Origin: Octopus bimaculoides
Lineage: Eukaryota
Assembly (NCBI RefSeq): GCF_001194135.2
Contig: NC_068985.1
Location: 65,151,464-65,215,463, forward strand
Direction of reading: 5' to 3'
DNA length: 64,000 nucleotides
Below, one piece after another: positions 63,338 through 64,000 of this stretch (position 1 is the stretch's first letter; each line of letters begins with the position of its first letter). A program made the translations under genes and the position numbers. Below the pieces are notes generated by a model, which worked only from the letters and a program-made list of their open reading frames with translations, was not told where the DNA came from and made no database searches.

Positions 63338-64000
63338 TATAATGGAATTGAAGGCTTGTGATACCTGTGGAGTATCTCCTTCTCCCATTACAATTATTTC
63401 TGTAGTCTTAAGGATCTGGAACTCGAAGAAGAAGCTTACAAGTGGAGTTCAATTCAATACAAGTGCAATTCAATATTTGTTTATTTTAGTTCTCGTTCAT
63501 GTGGCTCACTCCCAGTGACCATCTTTATGGCAGTGTGTGGCTCGTTATAGCTCCGCTCACTTGAGGTTCATTACCTCTGGAGATAACAGGTGAAGTTAGA
63601 GCAGGATAAGAGTCCGCTGTGAACTCCCAGCTTGCAGTGTTTCTCAGTATGAGTGAAAGGGAAGAAAGAGATAGAATGTCTTAATTCTCCTGCTTAAATA
63701 GTCGTTGCCAACGAGATTCTCGCTGTCATCTCACGCATGGCAAATGGTTGCAGGCGAGATCTCGCTCCTGTCTCAGACATAGTAATGGCTACCGGTGAGA
63801 TCTCATACAAAATGGCACTGGCTTCTTGTGCCTTGCTACAGGGGCTCCCCCCTGAGAACAGTAGAGTGAAATTAGAATGACTGGAGCAGGCACAAGAAAA
63901 GCAAAGATGGCCACTGATCACAAACAACAAGATGTGGTACAAAATGTGATGTAAAATGTGATAAGTCGAGAAAAATAATTACAAGCAATATAAAAGAGGT
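63338..64000 (-). mobile_element. CsRn1-type Gypsy copy F: 3' LTR (63338-63840), PPT and start of the internal region
   Basis: The LTR aligns with the copy E LTRs, including the TATAATG and CTACA ends. PPT GGGGCTCCCCCCTGA at 63841; the adjacent internal sequence matches 46620-46740. Confidence 0.85.

Noticed and set aside
63365-63415. Neat 51-bp AG/GT-bounded minus-strand 'exon' (ILKTTEIIVMGEGDTPQ)
   Set aside because: It aligns to the LTR of copy E, so it is LTR sequence.
1-64000. Prokaryotic or viral system (operon, defence island, endogenous virus)
   Set aside because: No intact gene-dense region, and no capsid, env or helicase-like ORF; every recognisable coding remnant belongs to a known eukaryotic TE class.

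Overview
This is eukaryotic, AT-rich, transposon-saturated DNA with eight N-gaps. The repeat complement (RTE LINEs with (GAT)n tails, tRNA-head SINEs, Penelope-like elements, CA/TA/CT microsatellites) suggests an octopus or other coleoid genome; this is inference. I found no intact host gene, rRNA, tRNA gene or CRISPR array, and nearly all coding-looking sequence is decayed mobile DNA. Contents: six Ty3/Gypsy copies (four Mag/K02A2.6-type with tRNA-Ser-like PBS, two CsRn1-type, one of which shows a tRNA-Trp PBS); five RLE-type (R4/Dong-like) non-LTR pieces; about eight RTE LINE pieces; a CR1-like fragment; four Penelope-like fragments; a mariner; a Helentron-type non-autonomous element; a Tigger-like MITE; and several SINEs. 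Two Gypsy copies retain both LTRs and target-site duplications (41420-45309, TSD ATCAT; 46125-50495, TSD CCTT). The most unusual observations are a doubled primer-binding site suggesting LTR replacement, a gag-intact/pol-deleted LTR element with TG...TA ends, a Penelope-associated ~745-bp unit whose boundary coincides with a hammerhead-like cleavage motif, a 66-bp hairpin array in RTE 3' tails, and several locally templated insertions. Boundaries are by eye and approximate unless defined by a TSD, LTR or exact repeat.
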